A stretch of 63,098 nt of DNA, filler included, from Phoronis australis (lineage: Eukaryota > Animalia > Phoronida), in the NCBI GenBank assembly GCA_002633005.1. It is 4 parts of 4 records of this genome, joined end to end, with 100 filler letters (N's around TTAATTAATTAA, not from the genome) between each part and the next. Parts side by side here need not be neighbours in the genome. Positions count along the whole stretch, not along the records: positions 59,309 to 63,098 come from NMRA01002839.1; 3 more parts are not named here. One strand, written 5' to 3'. The notes beneath the pieces were generated by a model that had not been told where the DNA came from, searched no databases, and was given only the letters and a program-made list of their open reading frames with translations. Position numbers and translations under genes: made by a program. This document shows, in pieces, positions 62,166 to 63,098 of this stretch (the stretch's first letter is position 1; every line of letters starts with the position of its first letter).

Positions 62166-63098
62166 TCATGAGTGTATTTTAGCATGCCTAGCAAGACTAC
62201 AGTGCTCTGAAAATGACTTTCCACACACAGTACATTTGAATGGTTTCTCACCAGTGTGTGTCCTGGTGTGCCTAGCAAGACTACCATTCTCTTTGAAACA
62301 TTTTCCACACAAAGTGCACTTGTATGGTCTTTCACCAGTATGTGTTCTTATGTGCGCAGTCAGAGCATAGTTCACTGCAAAAGACTTTCCACACACACCA
62401 CACGGGTATGGTTTTTCACCTGTGTGTGTTAGAGTGTGCACACCAAGAGATCTACTCGTTGAAAATGACTTTTCACACACAGTGCATTTGTATGGCCTCT
62501 CACCAGAATGTGTTCGTGTGTGCACAGTGAGAGTTCTTCGTGTTGAAAACGACTTGCCACACACATCACACTTGAATGGCCTCTCACCTGTATGCGTTTT
62601 TGTGTGCCTTGCAAGGCTACCGTTCTTTGAAAACAACTTCCCACACACAGTGCACTTGTATGGTTTCTCACCAGTGTGCATCCTGGTATGTGATATTAGA
62701 GTACAGTTAGCAGAGAATGACTTTCCACACACAATGCACTTGTATGGTCTCTCACCAGTGTGAGTTCTTGTGTGCGCAGCGAGAGCACACCTAACAGAAA
62801 AAGACTTTCCACACAAAGTACAGGCATACGGTTTCTCACCAGTGTGTGTTCTCATGTGCACAACAAGAGTTTTGCTAATTGAAAATGACTTTGCACACAC
62901 AGTACATTTGTATGGCCTCTCTCCAGTGTGTGTTCGAGTGTGCACAACCAGGGTACTGTTCTTTGAAAATGACCTTCCGCACACTGTGCACTTGTACGAT
63001 TTCTCATCAGATTGTGTTCTTGGATTATTAACAAGATGACTATTTAGTTTCAAATACTCTCCACACACAGGGCATCTAAATACTATCTCACTAGTATG
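62166..63098 (-). CDS. Tandem C2H2 (Kruppel-type) zinc-finger protein, 3' part; frame is open to the window edge
   Basis: Ten intact C-x2-C-x12-H-x3-H fingers, mostly joined by TGE(K/R)P(Y/F) linkers, preceded by one degenerate finger; stop at 62166-62168. Confidence 0.93.
   Translation of the reverse strand, partial: HTSEIVFRCPVCGEYLKLNSHLVNNPRTQSDEKSYKCTVCGRSFSKNSTLVVHTRTHTGERPYKCTVCAKSFSISKTLVVHMRTHTGEKPYACTLCGKSFSVRCALAAHTRTHTGERPYKCIVCGKSFSANCTLISHTRMHTGEKPYKCTVCGKLFSKNGSLARHTKTHTGERPFKCDVCGKSFSTRRTLTVHTRTHSGERPYKCTVCEKSFSTSRSLGVHTLTHTGEKPYPCGVCGKSFAVNYALTAHIRTHTGERPYKCTLCGKCFKENGSLARHTRTHTGEKPFKCTVCGKSFSEHCSLARHAKIHS

Noticed and set aside
62324-63039. Plus-strand and alternative-frame ORFs over the zinc-finger gene
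   Set aside because: Antisense or shifted-frame shadows of the periodic C2H2 coding sequence.

Overview
AT-rich, intron-containing animal genomic DNA, probably from an invertebrate (inference); not prokaryotic. Three 100-bp N/TTAATTAATTAA/N spacers divide the window into four joined pieces (1-25835, 25936-54576, 54677-59208, 59309-63098). Piece 1 holds the last two exons of a serine racemase-like gene (+), with a 17-bp minisatellite and a 36-bp minisatellite that grew out of the exon's own splice donor. It also holds two diverged amnionless (AMN)-like paralogs arranged head-to-head; the minus-strand copy has lost both cysteines of one conserved disulfide and carries a Ser/Thr/Pro stalk. Piece 2 looks like a large decayed KDZ/Zisupton-type DNA transposon region. 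It has three arrays of one ~59-bp palindromic repeat (the outer two facing inward), a disrupted spliced SWIM/CxC/KDZ transposase (-), a divergent NRF1/EWG-like gene (+), and two nested Kolobok-type elements (THAP plus P2X7-ballast/KolX-like). Piece 3 has a probable terminal exon ending in a CaaX-like motif. Piece 4 has the 3' part of a tandem C2H2 zinc-finger gene (-). Family assignments come from manual translation and remembered motifs; no searches were run.
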